Below are positions 10,017 through 19,482 of a stretch of DNA of 64,000 nucleotides, piece by piece. Position 1 is the first letter of the stretch. Every line of letters starts with the position of its first letter. Below the pieces are notes generated by a model. That model did not search any database. It had not been told where the DNA came from and saw only the letters and a program-made list of their open reading frames with translations. This DNA is from an uncultured Chloroflexia bacterium (GTDB taxonomy: Bacteria > Chloroflexota > Limnocylindria > Limnocylindrales > CSP1-4), in NCBI GenBank assembly GCA_963759495.1, contig CAVWZL010000004.1, positions 13,097 through 77,096 on the forward strand. The letters are read 5' to 3'. Made by a program: the position numbers and the translations under genes.

Positions 10017-10823
10017 ATGCCGCCGCTGGCCGCCCTCGAGCGGTTCTTCGAACGTCTCTTTGAGCGCCCGACAGCGCGGTTCTTCCGAACGCGCCTCCAG
10101 CCGGTCCAGCTGCAGCGTCGAATCGAGCGCGCGATGGAGTCCGAACGGCTCGCCGCTGCGGACCGCACGCTCGTTCCGAACCGGTACGTCGTCCACCTGA
10201 ACCCCGACGACCTGGCCGCGTTCGGGGATTTCTCGGAGACGATGGCGGCCGAGCTCGCAGACGGCGCACTCGTGTTCGCGCGGTCGCACCGGTACACACT
10301 TGTCGACCGGCCGCGCGTGGAGCTCGTGGGCGACCCCCAGGTGGCGCGTGCCGACATCGTGGTGCGAGCCCGCTTTGCGGACCCTGTGGCGACTCGACCG
10401 CCATCGCCGCCGCCCACCGGTGGCCCTGCGCCCGCGACTCGACCGCCGGCTGACGACGCCTTCGACCCCCGGGAAGCCCAGCACACCATGGTCTTCGAGA
10501 TCCCGAAGCCCGAAGCGCCACAGGCGCGGCTCCGTCTCGTGAGTCCGGGCGGTGCGGAACGACAGGTGCCGTTCGAGGGTGGCGTGATGACGCTCGGTCG
10601 CGCGACGGACAACATGCTCGTGCTCGGCGACAGCCGTGTCTCGCGCCACCACGGTCGGATCTCTGTCCGACGCGGCGCCCTGGTCTACACGGACCTGAAG
10701 AGCACCAACGGCTCACGCGTGAACGGCAACCGCGTGGACGAGGTGGTGCTCGGGACGGGAGACCGGATCGAGGTCGGCGACTCGGTCATCGTGGTCGACA
10801 CGCTGCGCGTTCACGAAGGCTGA
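10017..10823 (+). CDS. fhaA: FhaA-like protein (DUF3662 N-terminal domain + C-terminal FHA domain)
   Basis: 'LERFFERLFERPTARFF..LQPVQLQRRIERAME' (DUF3662-type) and the FHA core 'MTLGRATDNMLVLGDSRVSRHHGRI..TDLKSTNGSRVNG'. Intact. Confidence 0.85.
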   Translation: MPPLAALERFFERLFERPTARFFRTRLQPVQLQRRIERAMESERLAAADRTLVPNRYVVHLNPDDLAAFGDFSETMAAELADGALVFARSHRYTLVDRPRVELVGDPQVARADIVVRARFADPVATRPPSPPPTGGPAPATRPPADDAFDPREAQHTMVFEIPKPEAPQARLRLVSPGGAERQVPFEGGVMTLGRATDNMLVLGDSRVSRHHGRISVRRGALVYTDLKSTNGSRVNGNRVDEVVLGTGDRIEVGDSVIVVDTLRVHEG

Positions 10824-11260
10824 TGGACGGCTTCCTGGTCCTGCTCTGGGCCGTGCGTCTCCTGTTTCTGGGGCTGCTGTATCTCTTCCTGTTCCAGGTC
10901 GTGCGCGCGCTCGTACGCGACCTGCGCGCGGCCACCCAGAGCGCGGTCGCGGAGCTCGGCCGGCTGCACGTGCTCGCCTCGCCCTCGGGCGACCCGCCGA
11001 ATGGCGTCGCGTTCTCGCTCGACGCGATCACCTCCCTGGGGCGGGACGTCAACAACTCGATCGTGATCGACGACCCGTTCGCGTCGCAGGAGCATGCCGT
11101 CCTGACGTTCCGTGGCCGCGACTGGTATGTCGAGGACCTCAACAGCACGAATGGCACGTACGTCAACGGCAACAGGGTCGACGGCGTTGCGCCGCTCGGG
11201 TTCGGGGACGAGCTGCAGATCGGACAGGTGCGGCTCCGGCTCGAACGAGTCCGTCGATGA
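10823..11260 (+). CDS. fhaB: FhaB-like membrane-anchored FHA-domain protein
   Basis: The start overlaps the fhaA stop (TGATG). N-terminal TM 'FLVLLWAVRLLFLGLLYLFLF' and FHA core 'SLGRDVNNSIVIDDPFASQEHAVL..EDLNSTNGTYVNG'. Confidence 0.85.
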   Translation: MDGFLVLLWAVRLLFLGLLYLFLFQVVRALVRDLRAATQSAVAELGRLHVLASPSGDPPNGVAFSLDAITSLGRDVNNSIVIDDPFASQEHAVLTFRGRDWYVEDLNSTNGTYVNGNRVDGVAPLGFGDELQIGQVRLRLERVRR

Positions 11261-12696
11261 CCGCCATGGCGCGCGGCCGGGGCGGTATCCGACCGCGCAC
11301 GCGATGGCTCGAGCTGCGACTGCTCGCGCTGGTTGCGGTGGTCCTGGTCGTCGGCAGCGTGTCCCTTGGAGCAACCGTGCGTGGTCGACCAGAGGAGGGG
11401 ACGAGCCTCCTTGATCTCGACCTCTGGGGACCCTACGACCCGGTGGCGCTGCTGATCTACCTGGGCGCGCTGCTCCTGGCCCATCTCGCGCAGGTGGTCG
11501 CGGGCCGTCGAACCGACCAGGTGCTGCTCCCGGCCGTGGGGCTGCTCGGCGGAATCAGCCTCCTGCTCATGGAGCGGCTTCCGCAGGACGTCGTCGGTTC
11601 GGGGTTCTTCGGTGCGCGCGGCCTCGGCCAGGTGCAGCTCGTCTGGCTGCTGCTGTCGCTCGTCGTCGCCACGACCACGGCCATCATCGTTCGGTCGGAC
11701 AGCTGGCTCCGCCGTTACAAGTACACGTGGGCGGCGGCCGGCATCGCGTTGCTCCTCCTGACCTTCGCCTTCGGGACCGTCATCGCCGGACAACGGCTGA
11801 CGCTGTCGATCGGGCCGATCAGCGGGCAGCCCTCGGAGCTCCTGAAGGTGATCCTCGTCGTGTTCCTGGCTGGCTACCTGTCAGAGAACCGGGCCCTGCT
11901 CGTTGAGCAGGACACTCGAGTAGGGCCGCTGCGCCTTCCGCCGATCCCGTATCTCGTGCCGATGGCCGCGATGTGGGCGATCGCGCTCGGCATCGTCGTG
12001 GTCCAGCGGGACCTGGGCGCGGCGCTCCTCTTCTTCGGCGTGTTCCTGTTGCTCCTCTATGCCGCCACGGCGCGGATCAGCCTGGTCATCGCCGGTCTTG
12101 TCGCGTTCTTCGCCGGCAGTGCCGTCCTCGCGACGATGTTCGAGCACATCGGGACCCGTATCGCGATCTGGCTCGACCCCTTCGTCGACCCGCTCGGCAG
12201 CGGCTACCAGATCGTCCAGTCGCTGCACGCGTTCGCGCGTGGCGGTCTCATCGGTGTCGGGTTCGGGAACGGCCTCCCGACGATCGGGGGGCGCGTCACG
12301 ATCCCGGAGGTCCACACCGACTTTCCGCTGGCGGCGCTCGGTGAGGAGCTCGGGCTCATCGGCGTCCTGGCGATCCTCGGCGTCTACCTCGTGATCATCG
12401 AGCGCGGCCTCCGGATCGGCGCCGCAGCGGCAGACGACTTCCGCGGCCTGCTGGCTACCGGTCTCGCGCTCGTGGTCGGCATCCAGGCGTTCATCATCGC
12501 CGCGGGCAACCTCAAGGTCCTGCCGCTGACCGGGGTCACGCTCCCGTTCATCAGTTACGGGGGGTCGTCACTGCTTGCCAACGGTCTCGTCATCGGCCTG
12601 CTGTTGGCCATCTCCGACAAGGGCGTGGAGCCGCCACCGCCGCCGCGCGAGCCGGGGCGGTTGGCGCGTGTGCTCCGACGGGGCGGAGCTGCCTGA
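11257..12696 (+). CDS. rodA: SEDS-family peptidoglycan polymerase (FtsW/RodA family; RodA-like by context)
   Basis: 'GYQIVQSLHAFARGGLIGVGFGNG', 'EVHTDFPLAALGEELGLIG', 'LPFISYGGSSLLANG'. The start overlaps the fhaB stop. Intact. Confidence 0.85.
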   Translation: MTAMARGRGGIRPRTRWLELRLLALVAVVLVVGSVSLGATVRGRPEEGTSLLDLDLWGPYDPVALLIYLGALLLAHLAQVVAGRRTDQVLLPAVGLLGGISLLLMERLPQDVVGSGFFGARGLGQVQLVWLLLSLVVATTTAIIVRSDSWLRRYKYTWAAAGIALLLLTFAFGTVIAGQRLTLSIGPISGQPSELLKVILVVFLAGYLSENRALLVEQDTRVGPLRLPPIPYLVPMAAMWAIALGIVVVQRDLGAALLFFGVFLLLLYAATARISLVIAGLVAFFAGSAVLATMFEHIGTRIAIWLDPFVDPLGSGYQIVQSLHAFARGGLIGVGFGNGLPTIGGRVTIPEVHTDFPLAALGEELGLIGVLAILGVYLVIIERGLRIGAAAADDFRGLLATGLALVVGIQAFIIAAGNLKVLPLTGVTLPFISYGGSSLLANGLVIGLLLAISDKGVEPPPPPREPGRLARVLRRGGAA

Positions 12697-14191
12697 TGCT
12701 TGCCCGCGATCGCGCTCGACGGCCGCTCGGGCAGACGATCCTGCACGTCCTGCTCGTCATCTCCATCGCGTTCGGATCGCTCGCGGCCGCCGCCGGCTAC
12801 TGGGGCGTCGTTCGCGCGCCCGACCTGACCCGGTCAGCGAGCGATCCCGCGGTCATTGCCGCCGTCCCGGACCGTGTCACGTGGACGAGATATTCGACCG
12901 GGACGGCGTCGAGCTCGCCCACAACGCGCGGGACGAGAACGGCGAGATCTACCGCATCTATGTCAACCGGGCGGTCAGCCACGTGCTCGGCTACTACTCC
13001 CGTCGGTTCGGCACGTCCGGCCTGGAGCGCGCGTACAACGCCGAGCTGTCCGGCTTGGCGGTCGATCCCGTGGCGGACGCGCTGCGCAAGTTCGGCAGCA
13101 ACCCCTACAACCCGCAGGATCTCCACCTCTCGCTGTCGTACGACCTGCAGCGAGCCGCGGTCCGCGCCCTCGGGGACCGGCGCGGCGCGGTCGTGATGCT
13201 GGATCCGACGACCGGCGAGGTGCTGGCCCTCGCGTCGACCCCGACCTACGACGCCTCCGCCGTCGCAGATCCGGCGCGCGCCTCGGACACGATGGCCGCG
13301 CTCCAGGACGACAACCAGAATCCGCTCCTGCCGCGTGCGACCCTGGGGCGGTACGTTCCCGGCTCGGTGTTCAAGATCGTCACGGCGATCGCCGGGCTGG
13401 GTTCCGGAGCGATCAGCCCGCGCACGACGTTCGAGGAGCAGGCCGATGCCGGCGTCGACGGCCTGCTGGTCCAGGGCTCCCGGATCCGTGAGGGCCACGA
13501 CCTGCGCCGCGGCGAGGCGCTCGACCTCGAGGAGGCCACAGAGGTCTCCTCGAACATCTACTACGCGCTCGTCGGGCTCGCGACGGGCGGTGAGGCGCTG
13601 AGCGAGTTTGCGGGCCGCCTGGGCTTTGGCGCCCCGCTCCCGTTCGATCTGCCGACCGCGGTGTCGCAGATCACCAACGGTCGCGGCAACCAGCCGGGGG
13701 GCTTCCTCGACGATGTCGAGCTGGCCAGTGCCGCGTATGGCCAGGGCGAGACATTCGTGACACCGCTGCAGATGGCGCTCGTTGCGTCGACGGTGGCGAA
13801 CGACGGCGTTCTCATGCGGCCTCGGCTCGTGACCTCGATCCGCGGCAAGAACGCGACCCGCACCATCGGTCCCGACGAGGTGGAGCGGGTCATCTCGGCC
13901 AGCGACGCGCGGGCGATCCAGGCAGCGATGCAACGCGCCGTCGAAGGCGAGCTCGGCCGGCAGTTCACCTCGGGCGCGAAGGTGCGCGGCATCGACACGG
14001 CGGGCAAGTCCGGCACGGCAGAGCTGGGCGGGGAAGGGGAGCCCCACTCGTGGTTCATCGGCTTCGCACCCGTGACGGAGCCGCGGGTCGCCATCGCGGT
14101 GGTCGTCGAGCAGGGCGGCCGCGGCGGAGTCGTTGCCGCCCCCCTGGCGGGCGACATGCTCGACACGTACTTCGAGCTCTTCGGTCGATGA
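12696..14191 (+). pseudogene. pbpA: Class B penicillin-binding protein (PbpA/PBP2 transpeptidase), one frame change near 12860-12880
   Basis: The N-terminal TM piece is in the frame of ORF 12696-13196 and the rest is in ORF 12575-14191. SxxK 'GSVFKIV', SxN 'VSSNIYY' and KSG 'GKSGTAE' are present. Confidence 0.8.
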
Positions 14192-14406
14192 ACGAGGAGC
14201 CCGTCCGGCCCGCGGCGCAGCCGGCGCGTCGCCGACCCGTCATCGAGCGGATCGGCCTGGCCCTGATTGCGCTCGTGCTCGCGGTGCTCTTCGGGACGGT
14301 CGCGGGCGCGGCGTGGGTCGGTGGCGAGGTCTTCCTGGCCGCCATGGGCGCGATTGGCTGCCTGATGACGCTCTGGGTGGGCTCGATCACCCTGTTCCGG
14401 GGGTAG
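14188..14406 (+). CDS. Small membrane protein (2 predicted TM segments)
   Basis: The ATG overlaps the pbpA stop (ATGA). 'IGLALIALVLAVLFGTVAGAAWVGGEVFLAAMGAIGCLMTLWVGSITLF'. No family recognised. Confidence 0.5.
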   Translation: MNEEPVRPAAQPARRRPVIERIGLALIALVLAVLFGTVAGAAWVGGEVFLAAMGAIGCLMTLWVGSITLFRG

Positions 14407-14440
14407 GGGCAGCTCGGCGGTGGGCTCGTCGTTTCCTTGC

Positions 14441-14580
14441 CCCCGGTGCACGATCTCGACCTGGCCTTGCATGTGGTGCGCATGACGGCCGTCCGAGGCG
14501 AGTTGGTCGTCTCGAATGTACGTGCCATGCAAGAAGGCGGCCGCCCAGGGCTCGCTGGGCTTTCCCCCGTGCACCTGGGG
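14441..14580 (+). other. Long nested hairpin / three-way junction in a 465-bp noncoding gap (candidate structured RNA)
   Basis: Outer helix 14441-14451 with 14569-14580 (11 bp, 1 bulge). Helix ccttgcatg (14465-73) with catgcaag..gg (14526-37). Side hairpin CCCAG-N6-CTGGG (14544-59). Inner helices 14476-84 with 14517-25 and gacggcc (14484-90) with ggtcgtc (14505-11). Several G.U pairs exist only in the plus-sense RNA. Confidence 0.3.
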
Positions 14581-14870
14581 AACAGAATTGGCAGGAATTG
14601 CCGGTCACCGGTTCGTGGCGCCTTCGCTCCGTGCATGTCGTGCAACCGCGACCTCCCGTCCGCGCACGGGCACGTTCCGAGAAGAACGGGTGATAGGCCG
14701 CCGGCGTCCATCTGTGCGCGGCACGAGAAACGCGCAGGGAACCGGAATCCGGGCCCCGACGTACTATGCGATAACACCCCCAGGCGGCCCCTGCGCCGTC
14801 CCGTCCAACCCACCGACCGCCGGCGTCGCCGCAGTGGCTTCGCCCATCCCGCCAGGGGAGCCACAGGCCG

Positions 14871-15875
14871 ATGACGAAGATCCAGGAGACCGGCGACAAG
14901 GTACTCGCCAACGTCGAGCGCGTGATCGTCGGGAAGCATCACGAAGTGCGGCTCGCGCTGGTGGCGCTCATGTGTCGCGGCCACCTCCTGATCGAGGACG
15001 TCCCGGGTACCGGCAAGACCGTCCTCGCCAAGGCGATCGCCCGAAGTCTCGGTTGCACGTTCCGGCGGATCCAGTTCACGCCGGACCTCCTCCCGTCGGA
15101 CGTCACGGGTCTCTCGATCTTCAACCAGAAGACGCGCGAGTTCGAGTTCCGACCGGGGCCGATCATGAGCCAGGTCGTCCTTGCCGACGAGATCAACCGG
15201 GCGACCCCGAAGACCCAGAGCGCGCTGCTCGAGGCGATGGAGGAGCGGCAGGCGACGATCGACGGCGTGACCCACCCCATGCCGGACCCGTTCCTCGTCA
15301 TCGCGACCCAGAACCCGATCGAGTACGAGGGCACCTTCGCGCTCCCGGAGGCGCAGCTCGACCGATTCATGATCCGGCTCCGCCTCGGCTACCCGCAGCC
15401 CATCGAGGAGATCGTCATCCTCGACGAGCAGAAGCGGACCCATCCGCTCGAGGATCTCGAAGAGGTGCTCACCGTCGAGGATCTGCGCGGGCTGCAGGCA
15501 TCCGTGCGTGAGATCTATGTCGACTCCACCGTGTCGGACTACATCGTCCGGCTCGTCAACGGCACCCGCAGCCATCCCGACGTGTACCTCGGCGCCTCGC
15601 CTCGCGGCTCGATCGCCCTGTACCGGGCCGGGCAGGCGCTGGCCGGCCTGCTGGGACGTGACTACGTGATCCCCGATGACATCAAGGGCCTCGCAGAGCC
15701 CGCGCTCGCGCACCGGCTGATCATCAAGACCAGCTCGTCGATCCACGACGTCCAGGCCGGACAGGTCATCCGCGAGCTGCTCGACGCCACGCCGATCGAC
15801 GGGATCCGGCCGACCGGCGGCGGTCCGCGCGAGGTCCGCGCCAACACCGGCGCCGCGCAGGCCCCGGGCGCCTGA
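14871..15875 (+). CDS. moxR: MoxR-family AAA+ ATPase
   Basis: '[23 protein letters not shown]' (Walker A), '[24 protein letters not shown]' and '[27 protein letters not shown]'. Intact. Confidence 0.9.
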   Translation: MTKIQETGDKVLANVERVIVGKHHEVRLALVALMCRGHLLIEDVPGTGKTVLAKAIARSLGCTFRRIQFTPDLLPSDVTGLSIFNQKTREFEFRPGPIMSQVVLADEINRATPKTQSALLEAMEERQATIDGVTHPMPDPFLVIATQNPIEYEGTFALPEAQLDRFMIRLRLGYPQPIEEIVILDEQKRTHPLEDLEEVLTVEDLRGLQASVREIYVDSTVSDYIVRLVNGTRSHPDVYLGASPRGSIALYRAGQALAGLLGRDYVIPDDIKGLAEPALAHRLIIKTSSSIHDVQAGQVIRELLDATPIDGIRPTGGGPREVRANTGAAQAPGA

Positions 15876-15915
15876 CCGGACACCCACGCAGGGCCACGAC
15901 GACAGGGCACGGCCG

Positions 15916-17169
15916 ATGATGCGGCGACTGCAGTTCCTCGTGATCGCGGCGATCCTCGTGCTCGCCGCGTTCTCCAGCGGGCAGCTCTTCCTCTTCTACC
16001 TGCTCTACCTCGGCATCCTCGTCATCGGCGGCTCGTACGTCCTCGTGCGGCTGGGGCTCACCGACCTCGAGGCCGGCTATGCGGTGAGTCAGCTCCACGG
16101 CCACGTCGGTGATCCGCTCCGGGTGACGTACACCCTTCGGAATGCGAGCCGGGTGCCCAAGCTCTGGCTCGAGGTCCACAACCCCACGACGCTCCCCGGC
16201 GGCCTGCCCGGTCGCGCGCTGTCGCTTGGCGGGAGCCAGGAACGGTCGTGGCTGATCCGGGCTCCACTGACGCGCCGCGGCCACTTCCGGATCGACCCAC
16301 TTGCCATTCGCACCGGGGATCCATTCGGCTTCTTCGAGGCCTCTGCCGCGGTCGGTCAGGGCGTGTCGGTGGTCGTCTACCCGCGGCTCGAGGCCGTGCC
16401 GGCCTGGAGGCTGCCCGCCGCGAACGTCGAGGGCAGCCACGCCGCGCCGGAGCGCACCCAGCAGACGACGCCGCTCGCGATGACCGTGCGTCCGTACGCG
16501 CCGGGCGACAGCATGAACCGGATCCACTGGAAGGCGACGGCACGCCATGGCGAGATCCAGGTGAAGGAGTTCGACCTCGAGCAGACGGCCGATGCCTGGA
16601 TCATCATCGACCTCCAGCGCGCAGCCCAGGCCGGCCGTGGCGACCAGTCGACCACCGAGGCCGGCATCCGCGCAGCCGCCGCGATCGCCGACAAGGCGCT
16701 CATCGAGAATCGCGCAGTCGGGATGAGCGTGAACGCTCGCCGTCCCACCCAGCTGCCGCCCGACCGCGGCGGCCGCCAGCACCTCAAGGTGATGCAGCTG
16801 CTGGCGGCACTCGAGCCCGATGGCGAAGCGCCACTGGTCGAGGCGCTGATCAATACGGTCGGGCGTCTCCGGCGCGGCATGACGGCTGTCGTGATCACCC
16901 CATCGCTCGACCCCGCCTGGGTCCGGGTGCTGGCAACGCTCCGCGGACGCGGTGTTGCCTGCGTCGTCGTGCTCCTCGACGTCAAGGCGTTCGATCGGCA
17001 CGCACAGCAGGAGCGGGCACTCGCGACCGGCACGCCCGTCCTCGCCGACGCGGAGCTCGACGAGACGGCTGCCAAGCGCATGCGCGCGATGCGCCACGCA
17101 CTCGCCGAATACGAGCTGAAGACGTACGTGATCGAACCGAACCGGCCCCTGGGGGAGATGCTCAGCTAG
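15916..17169 (+). CDS. DUF58-domain protein (MoxR partner)
   Basis: N-terminal TM pair, then 'VRPYAPGDSMNRIHWKATARHGEIQVKEFDLEQ', the DUF58 signature. Intact. Confidence 0.85.
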   Translation: MMRRLQFLVIAAILVLAAFSSGQLFLFYLLYLGILVIGGSYVLVRLGLTDLEAGYAVSQLHGHVGDPLRVTYTLRNASRVPKLWLEVHNPTTLPGGLPGRALSLGGSQERSWLIRAPLTRRGHFRIDPLAIRTGDPFGFFEASAAVGQGVSVVVYPRLEAVPAWRLPAANVEGSHAAPERTQQTTPLAMTVRPYAPGDSMNRIHWKATARHGEIQVKEFDLEQTADAWIIIDLQRAAQAGRGDQSTTEAGIRAAAAIADKALIENRAVGMSVNARRPTQLPPDRGGRQHLKVMQLLAALEPDGEAPLVEALINTVGRLRRGMTAVVITPSLDPAWVRVLATLRGRGVACVVVLLDVKAFDRHAQQERALATGTPVLADAELDETAAKRMRAMRHALAEYELKTYVIEPNRPLGEMLS

Positions 17170-19479
17170 ATGAACGCGAGCCCGCAGCGCTTCCCTCGCT
17201 CGCCCGCCGAGGGCTGGCTCAGCCTGGTCCTCGTCGCCGTCATGGTGTCGACGATCGCGTGGTCGATGGATGACGCCGCGTGGGTCCTCGGTCGCTCCGG
17301 CTACCTGGACTTCCTGGCACAGGCCGTCCTGTGGGGCGTCGCGATCGGCTTCCTCGGCGCAAAGATCGGCCTCGGCCGCTGGCCGACGTACCTCGCCGGT
17401 GCCATCGTGGCCGCCCTCGTCGTGCCAGTCTATGTCGGCGCGATCCTCGTTCCGGAGGCGGACTGGGTCACGCAGTACCAGGCCACAGCGCGCGCGATGG
17501 TCGAGGCGTATCGCGATCTCGCCCTGGAGAACCAGAGCGTCACGCAGCAGTACGGCCACTTCCTGCTCGTGCTCGGCCTGTTCATCTGGGGCACGGCCGT
17601 GTTCGCCTCGTTCACCACCTTCGGCCATCACCGGCCGTTGAACGCGATCATCCTCGTGGGACTGGTCCTCGTCGGGAACATGGGCTTCACCTTCAACGAC
17701 CAGCTCACGTTCATCGTCATCTTCAGCCTGGCCGCGCTGCTCCTGCTCATCCGGTTCCACGCGCTCGACGAGGAGACCGAGTGGGTCCGGCGACGGATCG
17801 GCGAGCCGCGGGCCGTCTCGACGATCTACCTCCGTGGTGGCACCGCGTTCATCGCCATCGCCGTCGTCGGATCGCTCGTCCTGACCCAGACCGCGTCGTC
17901 CGCGCCACTTGCCGGCACGCTCCGTGGGTTCGGCGACCAGGTCATCGAATGGGGTCGCGACTTCGAGCGATTCCTCCCGAGCGGTGGCGCCCATCGGACC
18001 TTTGGCATCTCGTTCGGCGCCGAGGCGCGCATCAGCGAGAGCTGGAACTTCGCGGAGGGCGTTGCTGTTCGGATCGAGGTGCCGGACGACGCGCCCGAGG
18101 GGATGTACTGGCGGGCTGCCACGTACGACGAGGTCCAGCCGCGGACGTGGCGACAGCGCGAGCGCCTGGCGTACCCTCGCGAGACCAACGAGCCGCTCCT
18201 GGATGGCGGCAGCGACGAGGTGACCGCCGAAGGCCGGGAAGAGGTCACGTTCCGCGTCGTTCCGGCCGAATACACCGAGAGCGAGCTGCTCTCGCCGATG
18301 ACGCCGCTGTCGGTCGACCAGCCGGTGCGGCTGTCGGTTGTGGGCACGACCGGCTTCTTCGCCACGATGGAAGGGAACGGCGACGCGCCGTACACGATCA
18401 CAGCGTTGGTCCCGGTCGTGGGCGACGAGGAAGACCCGGAGGGCCTGACGGCCAATCGCCTCAGGGCGGCCTCGCGGGTCTACCCGATCGACGTCAGCGA
18501 GCGCTTCCTCGCCGTGCCCGACGAGGTTGCGCCGGCCGGCGGTCATACGGCAGCCCTGCTCGAGGAGATCATGACCGGCGTCTCGGACCCCGAGAACGCG
18601 TACGAGATCGCGATCGAGATGCAGCGCTACCTTCGGTCGTCCGAGTTCGACTACAGCACCGATCTGCGCGGCCTGGCCTGCGATGGTCTCTCGACCTCCG
18701 AGTGCTTCGCCAGCACGCGGGTCGGGTTCTGCCAGCAGTACGCGACGACGATGGTCGTGATGCTGCGCATGGCCGGCATCCCCGCCCGCTACGTGTCGGG
18801 CTTCCTGCCCGCAACACGCGTGGATGGCGTCGAGACGATCGAGTTCCAGGCCGGACACGCCTGGGTGGAGGCGTACTTCCCGGGCTACGGCTGGGTCCTG
18901 TTCGACCCGACCGGCGGCAGCCTGCCGGGCCAGATTGATGAGCTGCCGGACGGCGAGGAGGTCGCGCCCGCAACGCCCGCTCCGTCGCTCGCGCCGGGCG
19001 CCTCGGCGCCGATCGCGACCCGTCCGCCACTGTTCGAGGAGGGCGAGGTCGGTCCGCCCGTGACCGGCGCCCCGAACGGACCGGCCGACACCGGCACGAC
19101 CGCCGTCCTCGTCGCGGTGGCGCTGCTGCTGTTTGCGGCGGTGGCCGGGCTCGCATTCTTCGCCTGGCAGCGTGGCTCGGGTGGCGATCTCACGCCCGAC
19201 CGTGCCTACGGTGCGCTGACGCGCATGGCGGGACGGCTCGGATTCGGCCCGCGTGCCAACCAGACCGTCTACGAGTTCGCGGGCGCGCTGAGTGACGTGC
19301 TGCCCCAGTCACGGCCGGAGATCCAGACCGTCGCCCAGGCAAAGGTCGAGGTGGCGTACGGCCGGCGAGCGCTCGGTGCTGACCGGATGGCGGCCCTCGG
19401 GGATGCCCAGCGGCGGCTGCGGGTCGGGCTGCTTCGACTGCTGCTCCGACGCGGCGATCGGAAGCGCCGTCCGCGCTGA
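17170..19479 (+). CDS. Transglutaminase-like (TgpA-type) polytopic membrane protein
   Basis: Six or more N-terminal TM segments. Transglutaminase core 'GFCQQYATTMVVMLRMAGIPARYVSGF..GHAWVEAYFPGYGWVLFDPT' (Cys-His-Asp). C-terminal TM. The ATG directly follows the DUF58 stop. Confidence 0.85.
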   Translation: MNASPQRFPRSPAEGWLSLVLVAVMVSTIAWSMDDAAWVLGRSGYLDFLAQAVLWGVAIGFLGAKIGLGRWPTYLAGAIVAALVVPVYVGAILVPEADWVTQYQATARAMVEAYRDLALENQSVTQQYGHFLLVLGLFIWGTAVFASFTTFGHHRPLNAIILVGLVLVGNMGFTFNDQLTFIVIFSLAALLLLIRFHALDEETEWVRRRIGEPRAVSTIYLRGGTAFIAIAVVGSLVLTQTASSAPLAGTLRGFGDQVIEWGRDFERFLPSGGAHRTFGISFGAEARISESWNFAEGVAVRIEVPDDAPEGMYWRAATYDEVQPRTWRQRERLAYPRETNEPLLDGGSDEVTAEGREEVTFRVVPAEYTESELLSPMTPLSVDQPVRLSVVGTTGFFATMEGNGDAPYTITALVPVVGDEEDPEGLTANRLRAASRVYPIDVSERFLAVPDEVAPAGGHTAALLEEIMTGVSDPENAYEIAIEMQRYLRSSEFDYSTDLRGLACDGLSTSECFASTRVGFCQQYATTMVVMLRMAGIPARYVSGFLPATRVDGVETIEFQAGHAWVEAYFPGYGWVLFDPTGGSLPGQIDELPDGEEVAPATPAPSLAPGASAPIATRPPLFEEGEVGPPVTGAPNGPADTGTTAVLVAVALLLFAAVAGLAFFAWQRGSGGDLTPDRAYGALTRMAGRLGFGPRANQTVYEFAGALSDVLPQSRPEIQTVAQAKVEVAYGRRALGADRMAALGDAQRRLRVGLLRLLLRRGDRKRRPR

Positions 19480-19482
19480 GGC

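Noticed and set aside
14407-14870. Known RNA classes for the structured gap: RNase P, SRP/4.5S, tmRNA, 6S, cobalamin (a GCCACTG occurs on the minus strand near 14832), ZTP (CCGCCCAGGGC near 14540).
   Set aside because: The diagnostic motifs are absent or isolated: GAGGAAAGUCCGGGC and ACAGAAnnCGGCUUA for RNase P, the GGAAGCAGC symmetric-loop motif for SRP, a tag ORF plus tRNA-like end for tmRNA, and the full B12 box context. Single short matches in GC-rich sequence are not evidence.
15766-18858. Very long ORFs opposite well-supported genes: 15766-18858(-) 1030 aa, 55767-57752(-) 661 aa, 60285-62612(-) 775 aa, 48934-51030(+) 698 aa, 14055-15887(-) 610 aa, 20118-21497(+) 459 aa.
   Set aside because: Their composition is dominated by R/G/P/A/D. 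No family motifs are present. Each overlaps a gene with clear catalytic signatures on the other strand. This is typical of stop-codon-poor frames in GC-rich DNA.
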